Source of the DNA: an uncultured Candidatus Saccharibacteria bacterium
GTDB lineage: Bacteria > Patescibacteriota > Minisyncoccia > Phycocordibacterales > 2-02-FULL-43-11
Length of the DNA stretch: 64,000 nt
NCBI GenBank assembly: GCA_964348785.1
Contig: CAYGDO010000002.1
Location: forward strand, 2,238 to 66,237
Reading direction: 5' to 3'
In this document: piece by piece, positions 18,240 through 28,823 of the stretch
Position numbering within the stretch: the first letter of the stretch is position 1
How the letters are laid out: each line of letters starts with the position of its first letter
Program-made: the position numbers and the translations under genes
Notes under the pieces: model-generated
The model's input: the letters and a program-made list of their open reading frames with translations, nothing else
Told to the model about the DNA's origin: nothing
Database searches by the model: none

Positions 18240-19301
18240 ATGAAAAAATACTTAGAAAAATTTAGAAGATTTGTATCTAACGATATAGGAATTGATTTAG
18301 GGACCGCAAACACCTTAGTCTACGTCAAAGGTAGAGGAATCATAATAAATGAACCCTCTGTTGTCGCTTTTAACCAAAAAACCAACCAGGTGGTGGCTAT
18401 AGGAATCCATGCCAAAAATATGCTGGGCAGAACTCCGCAACATATTTCCGCCATTCGACCACTTGTCGGTGGTGTGATTTCTGACTTTGAAATTACCGAA
18501 GAAATGATTGCTCATCTCATTAGAAAGGCAGAAGATAATTCAAAAAAAATTTTGGGGCCAAGGGTCGTAGTAGGTATTCCTTGTGGTATCACTAATGTAG
18601 AAACAAGAGCAGTAAGAGACGCCACAAAAAATAACGGGGCAAGAGAGGTTTATATTGTAGAACAACCGATGGCAGCAGCGATTGGCATTAGACTTCCCGT
18701 TAAAGAACCCGTTGGTAATATGATAGTTGATATTGGTGGTGGAACAACAGATATCGCTGTTATTTCTTTGGGTGGAATCGTAAGATCAAAAACTTTAAAA
18801 ATAGCAGGGGATAAACTCAATGAAGATATCATCTCCTATATGCGTAACGAATTTAAAATCTTAATTGGCGAAAAAACGGCTGAAAATATAAAAATTTCTA
18901 TTGGCTCTGTAATACCAGATAAAAATAGCTTGGAAACTCCAGTCAAAGGTAGAGACTTAGTAACAGGACTCCCAAGACAAGTCATTATCACTGATGATGA
19001 TATAAGAGAAGCAACAGCGATTTCCATAAATTCAATTTTAGAATCAGCAAAAGAAGTTTTAGAAATAACGCCACCGGAAATAGTCTCAGATATTATGCAT
19101 AGAGGTATATACCTCGTTGGAGGCGGAGCCTTGATCAGAGGATTAAACGAACTTTTATCAGATTACTTAAAAATCCCAGTTTACGTAGCAGAAGACCCGC
19201 TGACCGCCGTAGCAAGGGGGACAGGTTTTATACTTGAAAACCTAGAAGATTTCAAAGATATTCTTATAGAAAACGATAATGCCTTACCTCCAGAAAAATA
19301 A
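18240..19301 (+). CDS. MreB paralog (second actin-like rod-shape protein)
   Basis: IGIDLGTANTLVYVKG, DIGGGTTDIAVISLGGIV; sits immediately upstream of mreC/mreD/PBP2. Confidence 0.85.
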   Translation: MKKYLEKFRRFVSNDIGIDLGTANTLVYVKGRGIIINEPSVVAFNQKTNQVVAIGIHAKNMLGRTPQHISAIRPLVGGVISDFEITEEMIAHLIRKAEDNSKKILGPRVVVGIPCGITNVETRAVRDATKNNGAREVYIVEQPMAAAIGIRLPVKEPVGNMIVDIGGGTTDIAVISLGGIVRSKTLKIAGDKLNEDIISYMRNEFKILIGEKTAENIKISIGSVIPDKNSLETPVKGRDLVTGLPRQVIITDDDIREATAISINSILESAKEVLEITPPEIVSDIMHRGIYLVGGGALIRGLNELLSDYLKIPVYVAEDPLTAVARGTGFILENLEDFKDILIENDNALPPEK

Positions 19302-20067
19302 AAACTCATCAGGCGAATTAAAAAAGAATTTACTAGTTCTTTTTCTACTTATCTTAATCTTGTTTTTTGGAGAAAAACAAAAAGAGACTTTTCAATATAA
19401 ATCAGCCTTTCTAACGACTTACATAAACTTGTCTATAAAAGAAAGCATAGAAAAAGTAAATTCATTTTTTCATATTTTTTCCTCAAAAAGCAAACTGGTT
19501 TCAGAAAATAATGACTTAAAAAAACAACTTGAGATAAAAGATCAGGGTTTATATTTGTTAAATAAAAATCATCAATTAAAGATGACTGAGCTTCAATCAA
19601 CCCTTGAGGGATCAGAAAAAAAAGATTATATCGTCGGTTTTATAATTTCAAAAGCTCCTTCTTTACCCTTTGGTTATGCCATGGTTAATGTTGGATTCAG
19701 GGAAGGTGTCGAAAAAGGCAAACTTGTTATTTATCAAAATTTTTTAGTAGGAAAAGTAGAGTATGTTTCAAACGAACACTCTCTGATAAAATTTTTTGGC
19801 AATGACAAAGAAAATCGAAAGCTGTTAGTTGGAACAGGAAGAGTTGTAAGGACCGCCGAAGGAAATGGTAACGGAAGTTATCTAGTGGAGATGCCAAAAG
19901 ATGCCGAAACAAAATCTGGAGAAGTGGTAAGATTGCTTGAATTTCCCAATTATATATTCGGAGAAACAGTATTGGCCGGAACGTTGGGTAACGCAGAAAA
20001 GAAAATGTTTTTTGCCGAATCCCCTGTAAATTATTTCGAGGTACCTTTCGTTAAAATATTAAAATAA
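19279..20067 (+). CDS. mreC: Rod shape-determining protein MreC-like
   Basis: N-terminal TM + coiled-coil (NNDLKKQLEIKDQ...) then beta-rich G.V..V region; position after mreB. Confidence 0.6.
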   Translation: MPYLQKNKNSSGELKKNLLVLFLLILILFFGEKQKETFQYKSAFLTTYINLSIKESIEKVNSFFHIFSSKSKLVSENNDLKKQLEIKDQGLYLLNKNHQLKMTELQSTLEGSEKKDYIVGFIISKAPSLPFGYAMVNVGFREGVEKGKLVIYQNFLVGKVEYVSNEHSLIKFFGNDKENRKLLVGTGRVVRTAEGNGNGSYLVEMPKDAETKSGEVVRLLEFPNYIFGETVLAGTLGNAEKKMFFAESPVNYFEVPFVKILK

Positions 20068-20328
20068 ATGTCAGAATCAATATACAAAAGAATAACCTTA
20101 TTTATTATATTGCTGACCGCAATCTCAACTACACCCTCTTGGTTTTCAGTAATTATGCTTTTATTGACTTTAATATTGATTAGGAACTACTTTGAAGGAA
20201 TAGTCTTGGCCATGATTTTAGACGGTTCAAAAATGATAGGTGAAAATTATAACGTTACATTTTTAATTACAATCATCTCAATACTCCTCATAATAATCTC
20301 AGGCAGAGTAAGAATGTTATTAAAATAA
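20068..20328 (+). CDS. mreD: MreD-like small polytopic membrane protein
   Basis: 86-aa hydrophobic protein between mreC and PBP2 genes. Confidence 0.4.
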   Translation: MSESIYKRITLFIILLTAISTTPSWFSVIMLLLTLILIRNYFEGIVLAMILDGSKMIGENYNVTFLITIISILLIIISGRVRMLLK

Positions 20329-20332
20329 TAGG

Positions 20333-22039
20333 ATGAATTTTAAACCTTTCTATAAAAACAGAAGAAAAACTGTAAGAGAAATAGATGAGATTTACCCCGA
20401 AGACATATTAATTGATTCTCAAAATCTGCCTTCCTTCTATAGCCCAAATCTAGAGGGCAAAGTCGAAAAAACTATAAGCAAAAACGCTGGCTACATTTTA
20501 ATTGGAGCAATAATAATTTTTTTTAGTTTATTTTGCTGGAGGTTATTTGATTTACAAATAACAAATGGTGATTGGTATAAAGAAAAAAGCTTATTAAATC
20601 AGTTAAGATTCTCTTTAATTTTTACTAAAAGGGGTGCCATACTTGATAGAAACAACTTAGTAATAGCAGAAAATGAATCTAACAAAGACCTCCCATATAT
20701 GGAGAGAAAATACAGAAACACAAAAGGCATTGGCAACATTCTGGGTTTTATCAAATATCCTCAGGTTGATAAAAACGGTTTCTTCTACCAAACAGAGCTC
20801 AAGGGTATTGATGGTATAGAAAAAGCTTTTGATAAAGAATTAGGAGGAGAAAACGGTGTAAAAATTGTCGAGGTAGACTCCAAAAATAAAATACAATCTG
20901 AAAGCACCACAAAAAATCCGATTGATGGTAAAGATGTAAAATTATCTCTAGATTATGAGCTGTCAAAAAAACTTTATGACATCATGGAAAGCCTTTCTGA
21001 AGAAAAAGGCTTCGGTGGAGGAGTGGGGGCTCTTATGGATACAGAAACGGGCGAAATCATAGCTCTTTCTAGTTTCCCAGATTATTCTCCTCAAATCGTT
21101 ACAGACGGCAAAAATGCTAATTTAATAAAACAATACTCCGAAGACTCAAGAAAACCTTATCTCAACAAAGCCGTAGACGGACTTTATACTCCAGGTTCAA
21201 TCGTGAAGCCTTTTTTGGCAACTGGAGTTTTAAATGAACAATTAATCGATCCTTTGAAAACAATACTGAGCACTGGTTCTATCTCCATACCAAATGAATA
21301 TGACCCAGAAAAAAAATCAGTATTTACAGATTGGAAGGCGCATGGAGAGGTTGATATGAGAAAAGCTTTAGCGGTCTCATCAAACGTTTATTTTTACGAA
21401 GTGGGAGGCGGATTTGAAAACCAAAAAGGTTTAGGTATAGACGGAATCGAAAGATATTTAAGACTTTACGGTTTTGGTGGAGAGATAGATGATGTATTTC
21501 TAAAAGGTCAAAAAGGAATAATACCGAATCCAATGTGGAAAGAGCAAAATTTTGATGGCGATCCTTGGAGAATAGGAGATACGTATAACACTTCGATTGG
21601 TCAATATGGTTTACAGGTAACACCGATCCAAGTTGTGAAAGCAATGAGCGCCATTGCCAATAACGGTAAAATTGTAGAGCCAACAATAATTTTTCAAGAC
21701 GGGAATAGCCACATAAAATCATACAGTACCGGTATACCCGAAAAATACTATCAGATTGTGCGAGAAGGAATGAGAATGGCGGTTGAAGAAGGGACAGCAA
21801 GCGGTTTAGATATTCCCCAAGTGAAAATAGCAGCTAAAACCGGAACAGCTGAAATCGGAACAACCAAAAAATACGTTAACTCTTGGGTAATGGGTTTTTT
21901 CCCATACGAAAAACCAAAATATGTTTTTACAGCCTTAATGGAAAAAGGTCCTAGAGAAAATACAGTTGGGGGACTTTATGTCATGCGCCAATTCATAGAA
22001 TGGCTTGCCGTTTATCACCCCGAATACATAAAAATATAA
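20333..22039 (+). CDS. mrdA: Penicillin-binding protein 2 (peptidoglycan D,D-transpeptidase, elongasome)
   Basis: SxxK (GSIVKPF), SxN (VSSNVYF), KTG (AKTGTAE) motifs; N-terminal TM anchor; mreBCD-mrdA synteny. Confidence 0.8.
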   Translation: MNFKPFYKNRRKTVREIDEIYPEDILIDSQNLPSFYSPNLEGKVEKTISKNAGYILIGAIIIFFSLFCWRLFDLQITNGDWYKEKSLLNQLRFSLIFTKRGAILDRNNLVIAENESNKDLPYMERKYRNTKGIGNILGFIKYPQVDKNGFFYQTELKGIDGIEKAFDKELGGENGVKIVEVDSKNKIQSESTTKNPIDGKDVKLSLDYELSKKLYDIMESLSEEKGFGGGVGALMDTETGEIIALSSFPDYSPQIVTDGKNANLIKQYSEDSRKPYLNKAVDGLYTPGSIVKPFLATGVLNEQLIDPLKTILSTGSISIPNEYDPEKKSVFTDWKAHGEVDMRKALAVSSNVYFYEVGGGFENQKGLGIDGIERYLRLYGFGGEIDDVFLKGQKGIIPNPMWKEQNFDGDPWRIGDTYNTSIGQYGLQVTPIQVVKAMSAIANNGKIVEPTIIFQDGNSHIKSYSTGIPEKYYQIVREGMRMAVEEGTASGLDIPQVKIAAKTGTAEIGTTKKYVNSWVMGFFPYEKPKYVFTALMEKGPRENTVGGLYVMRQFIEWLAVYHPEYIKI

Positions 22040-22056
22040 ACGATCACTCTGATTGA

Positions 22057-22170
22057 CCCCGTTAGAGGCAGGACACGGACAGAATATTTGAGTTTCTGTT
22101 CTCTTAGATTCCAGTTAATTTTTAACAATATTTCTCAATCTTAAGTTAATGTCCGTGGCCTCTAACGGGG
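22057..22170. repeat. MITE-like palindromic repeat, copy C, TIRs CCCCGTTAGAGGCAGGACACGGAC / GTCCGTGGCCTCTAACGGGG
   Basis: ~25-bp imperfect terminal inverted repeats, flanked by TTGA direct repeat; interior tttaacaatatttct shared with copy D. Confidence 0.55.
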
Positions 22171-22231
22171 TTGACCGAAATCTCAAAAAAGGTTAAAATT
22201 ATGACTCAAAATTAAAAATAAGGCCTAGAAT

Positions 22232-22699
22232 ATGAGTGAAAAAGAACAATATTTGACCCAAGAAAAACACGACGAATTAGAAAAAGAACTTCAAGAACTA
22301 AAAACGACTAAAAGAAAAGAAGTAGCAGAAAATCTTGAATATGCTAAATCTTTAGGAGATTTGTCAGAAAATGCTGAATATCATGAAGCGAGAGCCATGC
22401 AAGCTGAACTTGAAGACAGAATAAATAAAATTGAAGCAATTCTTAGAACAGCCAAAATAGTTTCTGATAACCACACTGAAAAAGTGAACATTGGCTCAGA
22501 AGTTACATTAGAGAAAGAATCCTCAAAAGAAAAAATCGCATACACAGTAGTCGGTTCAGAAGAAGCTGATATCTCTAAAGGAAAAATCTCTTCCAATTCA
22601 CCTCTTGGTTCTGCGATTTTAGGTAAGAAAAAAGGTGAAAAAGTTAATATTCAAACTCCAAAAGGAAAAATCGCATACACCATAGTGTCCGTAAAATAA
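22232..22699 (+). CDS. greA: Transcription elongation factor GreA
   Basis: N-terminal coiled-coil with SLGDLSENAEYHEAR, C-terminal FKBP-like domain. Confidence 0.9.
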   Translation: MSEKEQYLTQEKHDELEKELQELKTTKRKEVAENLEYAKSLGDLSENAEYHEARAMQAELEDRINKIEAILRTAKIVSDNHTEKVNIGSEVTLEKESSKEKIAYTVVGSEEADISKGKISSNSPLGSAILGKKKGEKVNIQTPKGKIAYTIVSVK

Positions 22700-22720
22700 A
22701 AAAATGTTACAATCTTTCCT

Positions 22721-24178
22721 ATGGCATCACTTGAAGAGCTAAGATCAACACGTTTGGCAAAGTTAGACATACTAAAAAAGTATGGGATGGAGCCTTACCC
22801 AAGTAAAGTTCCACGCACTTTTTGCTTGGCAGATGCTAAGACTAACTTTGAAGAATTTGAAAAAACAAAAAAAGAAATTTCTCTTGCTGGCAGAATAATG
22901 GCCATAAGAGGCCAGGGCGCAATTCAATTTATCGTACTCTACGATGGCAAGGGTAAATTTCAAGCTGTATTTAAAAAAGACGAGATAGAAGAAGGCCTAT
23001 TTAATCTTTTTAACAGTGCAGTTGATATCGGAGATTTTATATCAGTCACCGGTACTTTTTTTACAACACAAAGAGGCGAACAGAGTATTTTGGTTAAATC
23101 GTGGATTATGGCCACAAAATCCATTTCTCCTTTGCCTGAAAAATGGCACGGCATTAAAGACGACGATGAGAGATATAGAAAGAGATATTTGGATATATTG
23201 ATGAATGACGAACTTAAAGATTTATTCATCAAAAAAGCTAAATTTTGGGATGTGACTAGAAACTTCTTAAAAGAAAATGGGTTTTTAGAAGTGGAAACCC
23301 CAACCCTTGAAGTTACAACGGGCGGGGCAGAAGCCACCCCATTTAAAACACATCATAATGATTATGATCTTGATGTGTATTTGCGAATTTCAATCGGAGA
23401 ATTGTGGCAAAAAAGATTAATGGCCGCAGGATTTCCTAAGACTTTTGAAATTGGAAAAGCTTATCGAAATGAAGGTTCAAGTCCAGAACATCTCCAAGAA
23501 TTTACGAATATGGAATTTTATTGGTCTTTTGCCGATTACAACGATGGAATGGATCTAGTTAGAGAAATGTATATTAAAATTGCCAAAGAAGTATTTGGAA
23601 CGACAAAATTTACAACAAGAGGCCACAATTTCGATTTAGCGGATGAATGGCAAAAAATTGACTACTCGGAAGAAATAAAAAAACAAACGGGTATTGATAT
23701 AGAAAAAAATACTGAAAAAGAAATGGCCAAAAAATTGGAGGATTTAAAGGTAAACTACGAAGGGCAAAACAGAGAAAGACTTACTGATTCCCTATGGAAA
23801 TATTGCCGAAAAAATATTTCTGGACCGGCATTTTTGATTAACCATCCCGTGCTGGTCGCACCATTAGCCAAAAGTGTAAAAAACTCAAACGTAGTTCAAA
23901 TGTTTCAACCAATTATAGCTGGAAGCGAATTGGGAAGAGGATATTCTGAATTAAATGATCCAATTGATCAAAAAAATAGATTTGATTCCCAACAAAAACT
24001 CATAGATTCTGGTGATACAGAGGCAATGATGAAAGATGATGAATTCGTTGAAATGCTTGAGCACGGAATGCCTCCAACTTGCGGCTTTGGTTTTGGTGAA
24101 AGACTTTTTGCTTTTCTTGCTGACAAACCGCTTCGAGAATTACAAATGTTTCCTTTGATGAAACCGAAATCTAAATAA
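22721..24178 (+). CDS. lysS: Lysine--tRNA ligase (class II)
   Basis: OB anticodon-binding N-domain, class II motifs (FRNEG, GGAEATPF...), C-terminal GFGFGERL. Confidence 0.9.
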   Translation: MASLEELRSTRLAKLDILKKYGMEPYPSKVPRTFCLADAKTNFEEFEKTKKEISLAGRIMAIRGQGAIQFIVLYDGKGKFQAVFKKDEIEEGLFNLFNSAVDIGDFISVTGTFFTTQRGEQSILVKSWIMATKSISPLPEKWHGIKDDDERYRKRYLDILMNDELKDLFIKKAKFWDVTRNFLKENGFLEVETPTLEVTTGGAEATPFKTHHNDYDLDVYLRISIGELWQKRLMAAGFPKTFEIGKAYRNEGSSPEHLQEFTNMEFYWSFADYNDGMDLVREMYIKIAKEVFGTTKFTTRGHNFDLADEWQKIDYSEEIKKQTGIDIEKNTEKEMAKKLEDLKVNYEGQNRERLTDSLWKYCRKNISGPAFLINHPVLVAPLAKSVKNSNVVQMFQPIIAGSELGRGYSELNDPIDQKNRFDSQQKLIDSGDTEAMMKDDEFVEMLEHGMPPTCGFGFGERLFAFLADKPLRELQMFPLMKPKSK

Positions 24179-24181
24179 TAA

Positions 24182-24694
24182 ATGACTCCTACTGAGGTAT
24201 CAGTAAATAACGAAATGCAAAAGGGTTATAAATACGCCCTTGTAGAACCTATTGGTAAAAATTTCAGAGATGATTTCAAACCAGATCTCACGCCCAAAGA
24301 AATGCTTGAACTCGGTATTTTTGGAGGAGTTTATATAAGAGACGCCATAGATGAATATCCAAAAAATTGGTTTACGAAAGCCAAATTTGCTAAAGGAGAA
24401 AAAAGAGAAACGGATCTAAATTTTTTCAAAGTTGATGCCAGTCAACCTCTTTCAGTATGGCAGAAAAAAGGCTGGATTTACAAAGATGACCCGAGAGGAT
24501 GGTTTGAATGGTATTGCCGCTACTACATGGGAAGAAGAGTAGAAGATGAAGATGACAGACAAATAAAAAGATGGAGAGCTATTAGAAGACATATCGGACA
24601 AATAAATAAAAACTGTAGAGCGGGAGACATAAACTGTAGACCAAAACAAAGACAGGCTTTGCTTCATTGGGCGTACGACAGTAGGAAAATATAG
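24182..24694 (+). CDS. Conserved hypothetical protein (W/Y/R-rich C-terminal motif GWFEWYCRYYMGRR...RQIKRWRAIRRH)
   Basis: Operonic with lysS (4-nt gap); no family assigned from sequence alone. Confidence 0.45.
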   Translation: MTPTEVSVNNEMQKGYKYALVEPIGKNFRDDFKPDLTPKEMLELGIFGGVYIRDAIDEYPKNWFTKAKFAKGEKRETDLNFFKVDASQPLSVWQKKGWIYKDDPRGWFEWYCRYYMGRRVEDEDDRQIKRWRAIRRHIGQINKNCRAGDINCRPKQRQALLHWAYDSRKI

Positions 24695-24727
24695 GGAATA
24701 AAATTTAAAAATAGTTTAATTGCTTTT

Positions 24728-25930
24728 ATGAAAAACCAGAGTAGTATGAACATAATGAGCAAACGAAATTCAATTATTATTATTTTTTTAGTTTTATTAA
24801 CTGGAACGGCTTTTTATTATTCATCCAAAAATATAAACGACGAAATACCCAGTAAAGCTAAAATCGAAGATAATAAAATTAGCTACATATTTTATACCAA
24901 AGATGGTGACATTTTTTCCATAACACCTGATAAATCTTTAACGACAAACTTATCAAAAAAATTAAACCCTGAAGGATTAGTTTCTAGCTCAAAAGGTAAC
25001 AGGATTGCTTACAGGGTAGAATCAACTTCTCAACACGCTATTTATGTAGCCGACGGCGACGGTAGTGATGCTACTCAAATTTTCACAACACCCAATACTG
25101 GATGCGATATAGTTGGAATTTTGGGAGTAGAAAATGATAATAAAAACGTTTTATTCATGTATCTCAATATGACAAACCGAGACGGCATACCATGCATTTC
25201 CAAACCAGGACAAAAAACAGAAGACGGAAATTACTATTACGAAAATGGTGTAGGTCTAAAAAGACTAAAAGATGACTTTTCTCAAAATCTTATGAGTTTT
25301 GATAATGGTAAATTACTTTATGTGACTTATGGCAAAGACAAAGAATTACTTTATGCGACTTATGACAAAGACAAAGAATGGCTAGTCACGATCAATATTT
25401 TTGATTTAAAAACTGAAAAAACGAAAAGCCTTTTTACACTCCCCCCAGAAATACAAAATCAACACCTCTCATTATCTTCTTCAGATCTTTCCGCAAAAAA
25501 TTTCAAAATGGCACTCAGTCTCGCTAATTCTTCTACTAAAGATACTAGTCAAATAACCATATTCGATTCTTCAAATAACACTTATACTCCAGCATCGCCT
25601 CAGGGTGTATTTGCTGAATTCCAAAGATTGTCTGTTTCTCCTAACTTTAAAAACCTAATTTATGTTCATCAGGTTAGAAATAATGAGGAACAATACGTCT
25701 ATAATGTTCAAAATAAAAAAATCCAAGATTTAAATATGGATTTAGGAAATATAATTTGGTTAGACGATTACAACTTATTGTATAGATACCCAGTTATAAA
25801 ATCTTGGCCTGTAAAAGACCATGGAAATTTAATAAAATTTAATATTGAAAATTTTAAAAGGGAGGTATTTTTAGAGACAATATCTGAACTTGTAAATTTC
25901 AACAAGGCAAGCATTCCTTACGGACCTTAA
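24728..25930 (+). CDS. Secreted/anchored beta-propeller (TolB/PD40-like repeat) protein
   Basis: N-terminal TM/signal anchor; repeated ...DG..I.F.....G...IY pattern typical of PD40 blades. Confidence 0.45.
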   Translation: MKNQSSMNIMSKRNSIIIIFLVLLTGTAFYYSSKNINDEIPSKAKIEDNKISYIFYTKDGDIFSITPDKSLTTNLSKKLNPEGLVSSSKGNRIAYRVESTSQHAIYVADGDGSDATQIFTTPNTGCDIVGILGVENDNKNVLFMYLNMTNRDGIPCISKPGQKTEDGNYYYENGVGLKRLKDDFSQNLMSFDNGKLLYVTYGKDKELLYATYDKDKEWLVTINIFDLKTEKTKSLFTLPPEIQNQHLSLSSSDLSAKNFKMALSLANSSTKDTSQITIFDSSNNTYTPASPQGVFAEFQRLSVSPNFKNLIYVHQVRNNEEQYVYNVQNKKIQDLNMDLGNIIWLDDYNLLYRYPVIKSWPVKDHGNLIKFNIENFKREVFLETISELVNFNKASIPYGP

Positions 25931-26010
25931 AAACTAATTGCTGAAAGAAATTTTTGTGGTATTGTAAAGATGTTAATAAAATGCTTATTACTAATTAATT
26001 AGTTAATTTT

Positions 26011-26751
26011 ATGTGGTACCCAATTTTAGGAGTTTTGTTTTTGTTAGTAGTTTCCAGTATTCGCCAAATAAACCAATACGAAAAAGGGGTTAAATTTACG
26101 TTTGGTAAATTTACTTCAATTATGGAACCTGGCTGGAGAATAGTCTGGCCTGTCATTCAAACTTATCAAAAAGTAGACGTCCGAACTAAAGCCGTTGATG
26201 TGCCAGATCAAAATGCTATTACACGCGATAATGTTTCCGTAAGAGTAAACGCTGTCATTTATTACAAAGTAAGTGACGCCAATAAAGCTATCATTGAAGT
26301 TGAAGATTTCCGATATGCCATTTCCCAATACGCACAAACAACAATGAGAAACATTGTCGGAGAAGTTACTTTGGATGAATTACTTTCAAGCAGAGACAAG
26401 ATTGCAGATAGAATCAGAGAAATTGTAGACAAAGAGACTGACGCCTGGGGATTGAAAGTCCAAAACGTTGAACTAAAAGACGTTAGTTTGCCACCAGAAA
26501 TGGAAAGAACTATCGGTAAACAGGCTGAAGCCGAAAGAGAGAAAAGGGCTGTTATTATCAATTCACAAGGCGAACTCGCCGCCTCTGAAAACATTGCCAA
26601 GGCTGCCGAGATGCTCGCCAGAACACCAGGAGCTCTTCATTTAAGAACCCTGCAATCAATCAACGATATGTCGTCTGACGCAAGTAATACCGTTGTCTAC
26701 ATGATTCCAATAGAAGCCCTAAAGGCCATTGAAGGATTCATCAAAAAATAA
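26011..26751 (+). CDS. SPFH/band 7 (stomatin-like) family protein
   Basis: N-terminal TM, TRDNVSVRVNAVIYYKV...AQTTMRNIVGEVTLDELLSSRDKI... stomatin core, coiled-coil C-terminus. Confidence 0.8.
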   Translation: MWYPILGVLFLLVVSSIRQINQYEKGVKFTFGKFTSIMEPGWRIVWPVIQTYQKVDVRTKAVDVPDQNAITRDNVSVRVNAVIYYKVSDANKAIIEVEDFRYAISQYAQTTMRNIVGEVTLDELLSSRDKIADRIREIVDKETDAWGLKVQNVELKDVSLPPEMERTIGKQAEAEREKRAVIINSQGELAASENIAKAAEMLARTPGALHLRTLQSINDMSSDASNTVVYMIPIEALKAIEGFIKK

Positions 26752-27125
26752 TGGGCGAAGAGGACAAAATTTTCGGACCACTTACATTTAGACAATTCTT
26801 ATATCTCGCCATGGGTTCGGGAATTATTTATTTTGCATATAATTACCTTGATAGAAAGGAGGGTATACCTATCATCGTAGTTTCTGCTCTAGTAACTTTC
26901 GCCGTAACATTTATCAATAACACGCCCCGTGTTGTTATAGATGAAAATTATATAAAAATAAAAAGAAGCCATTTTAAAAACACGGAGGAATTTAAAAAAT
27001 GGTTAAACAAAATAACTGCTCAAGTTCAAGCACAGATAACAATCAGAGAAATAAGAAATATACCTAAAGACCCTGAGCTTGAACGAATACTAGAACTTCT
27101 TGAAAACGCAAACAAAAGTAGTTAA
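26751..27125 (+). CDS. Small two-TM membrane protein co-transcribed with SPFH protein
   Basis: TAATG overlap with upstream gene; two hydrophobic helices; not an obvious NfeD OB-fold. Confidence 0.45.
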   Translation: MGEEDKIFGPLTFRQFLYLAMGSGIIYFAYNYLDRKEGIPIIVVSALVTFAVTFINNTPRVVIDENYIKIKRSHFKNTEEFKKWLNKITAQVQAQITIREIRNIPKDPELERILELLENANKSS

Positions 27126-27240
27126 TGACAAAAAATTTGTCATTTTGGCAAATTTTAATACTTAATTAGTTATCCACTATATTAAAATGGTGTATTTTTA
27201 GTATAATTTTGTAGAAAATTATTATTAACAATATAATTTT

Positions 27241-28713
27241 ATGGATAAAACCGAAAAAGAGCTTCGCAATTTCCTGGAGATAAGTTATGCCGAATTAGAA
27301 GAGATGAATGTTAAGGCTGGCCAAAAAGCTCAAAATGATGGGGAAGAAAAATTAAACAAAGAATATTCTGATTATTTAAAAAAAGAAGACCGAATAAAAG
27401 CCGTCACAATTTGCTTTTCCGATATTGAAGGCAGATTTCATATGCTTGATTATGACAAGAAATTTTTTCTTGATTCAATCGACAATCTAACTTTTGACGG
27501 ATCTTCAATCAGGGGGTTCTCAGAACAGTTTGAATCAGACCTACGATTAGAACCAGATTGGGGAAGTCTCCGATTTTTGCCAGCTGACATCTTTGGCGCT
27601 GGAAAAGTCGTTATGTTTGCTGACGTTTTAACAAGAGACAAAAAAGCGTACCCAGCAGATTTTAGAGGCCAACTTAAAGAACTAACTAGAAAACTAAAAA
27701 ATAAAGATGGGATTACAGCTCAAATATCCGCAGAAGTAGAAGGTTTTTTGGTAGATGGAAGAAACGCAGAACAAAATTATTCCGAAGAAAAAGGTTTCTC
27801 TTTAATCTCAGGTAGCGGATATTTTCATTCATTGCCAATGGATAAACTAAAAATCTTTATTGATAGATCAGCCGAAGCTCAAAGAGCTCTCGGCTTTAAA
27901 AATGAAAAAGACCATCCGGAAGTCGCACCCTCACAGTTTGAACTCAACTTCTCATATACAGAAGCGTTACGTGCTTGTGACCAAATTCAGCTTTATAAGC
28001 TTGTTTGTAGGCAAGTAGCTAGCGAAATGGGCATGACTGCCACATTCCTACCAAAACCAATTTCAGGCATAAATGGAAGTGGAATGCACCTAAATCTTTC
28101 AATGTCTAAAAATGGTCTGCCTGCTTCAAAAAACGGAGCGCAGACGAGTCAAAATATTTTCTACAAAAAAGATGGAGAAGAGAAACTTTCAAAAATTGCT
28201 TGGGATGCTATCAGTAGAATCCTAAACCATGCTCCAGAAATTTCTCTTGCATTAAACTCTAGTGTAAACGCTTATAGAAGACTTGATCCTCATTTTGAAG
28301 CTCCAAATCAAATTAAAGTTTCTTCACACGACAGAGGTTCAATGATTAGAATTCCAGCGGGCAACGAAAAAAGCGCCAGAATAGAAATTCGTTCAGTCGC
28401 TCCAGATTCAAATCCTTATCTTGTAGCCCTAACCATCCTAAAAACAATTGAGGAAGGGAAGCCACTCAGCAAAGATGCTGAAAAAAGGGAAAGGCTTAGA
28501 TTTTTACCAGGAAACGTCAACGATGCCATTAAACTATTTAAGGGTAGTGACTTTATCACCAAAATCTTGGGGGAAGAGCCAAAAGAAAAATATCTAAAAT
28601 ATAAACAAATGTCAGCCGACAGATGTGGAAAAGAACTAGGAAAAACTGTAAAAACTTCAGAGATAATTTACCACCACGAAGTAACCAATCAGATGTTGTG
28701 GAATAGGTTTTAA
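27241..28713 (+). CDS. glnA: Glutamine synthetase family protein
   Basis: FDGSSIRG (beta-grasp motif) and NGSGMHLNLSM (catalytic domain) signatures. Confidence 0.75.
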   Translation: MDKTEKELRNFLEISYAELEEMNVKAGQKAQNDGEEKLNKEYSDYLKKEDRIKAVTICFSDIEGRFHMLDYDKKFFLDSIDNLTFDGSSIRGFSEQFESDLRLEPDWGSLRFLPADIFGAGKVVMFADVLTRDKKAYPADFRGQLKELTRKLKNKDGITAQISAEVEGFLVDGRNAEQNYSEEKGFSLISGSGYFHSLPMDKLKIFIDRSAEAQRALGFKNEKDHPEVAPSQFELNFSYTEALRACDQIQLYKLVCRQVASEMGMTATFLPKPISGINGSGMHLNLSMSKNGLPASKNGAQTSQNIFYKKDGEEKLSKIAWDAISRILNHAPEISLALNSSVNAYRRLDPHFEAPNQIKVSSHDRGSMIRIPAGNEKSARIEIRSVAPDSNPYLVALTILKTIEEGKPLSKDAEKRERLRFLPGNVNDAIKLFKGSDFITKILGEEPKEKYLKYKQMSADRCGKELGKTVKTSEIIYHHEVTNQMLWNRF

Positions 28714-28823
28714 AGAATAGCCCCTAGCCATTAGCCTCTAGCAAAATAGCCAGAAAAAAGCCGAGCAAATGAATTATCAAGGTCGAACCTTGATAAAGTT
28801 TCAGTGTATCAATTTTTCACCAT

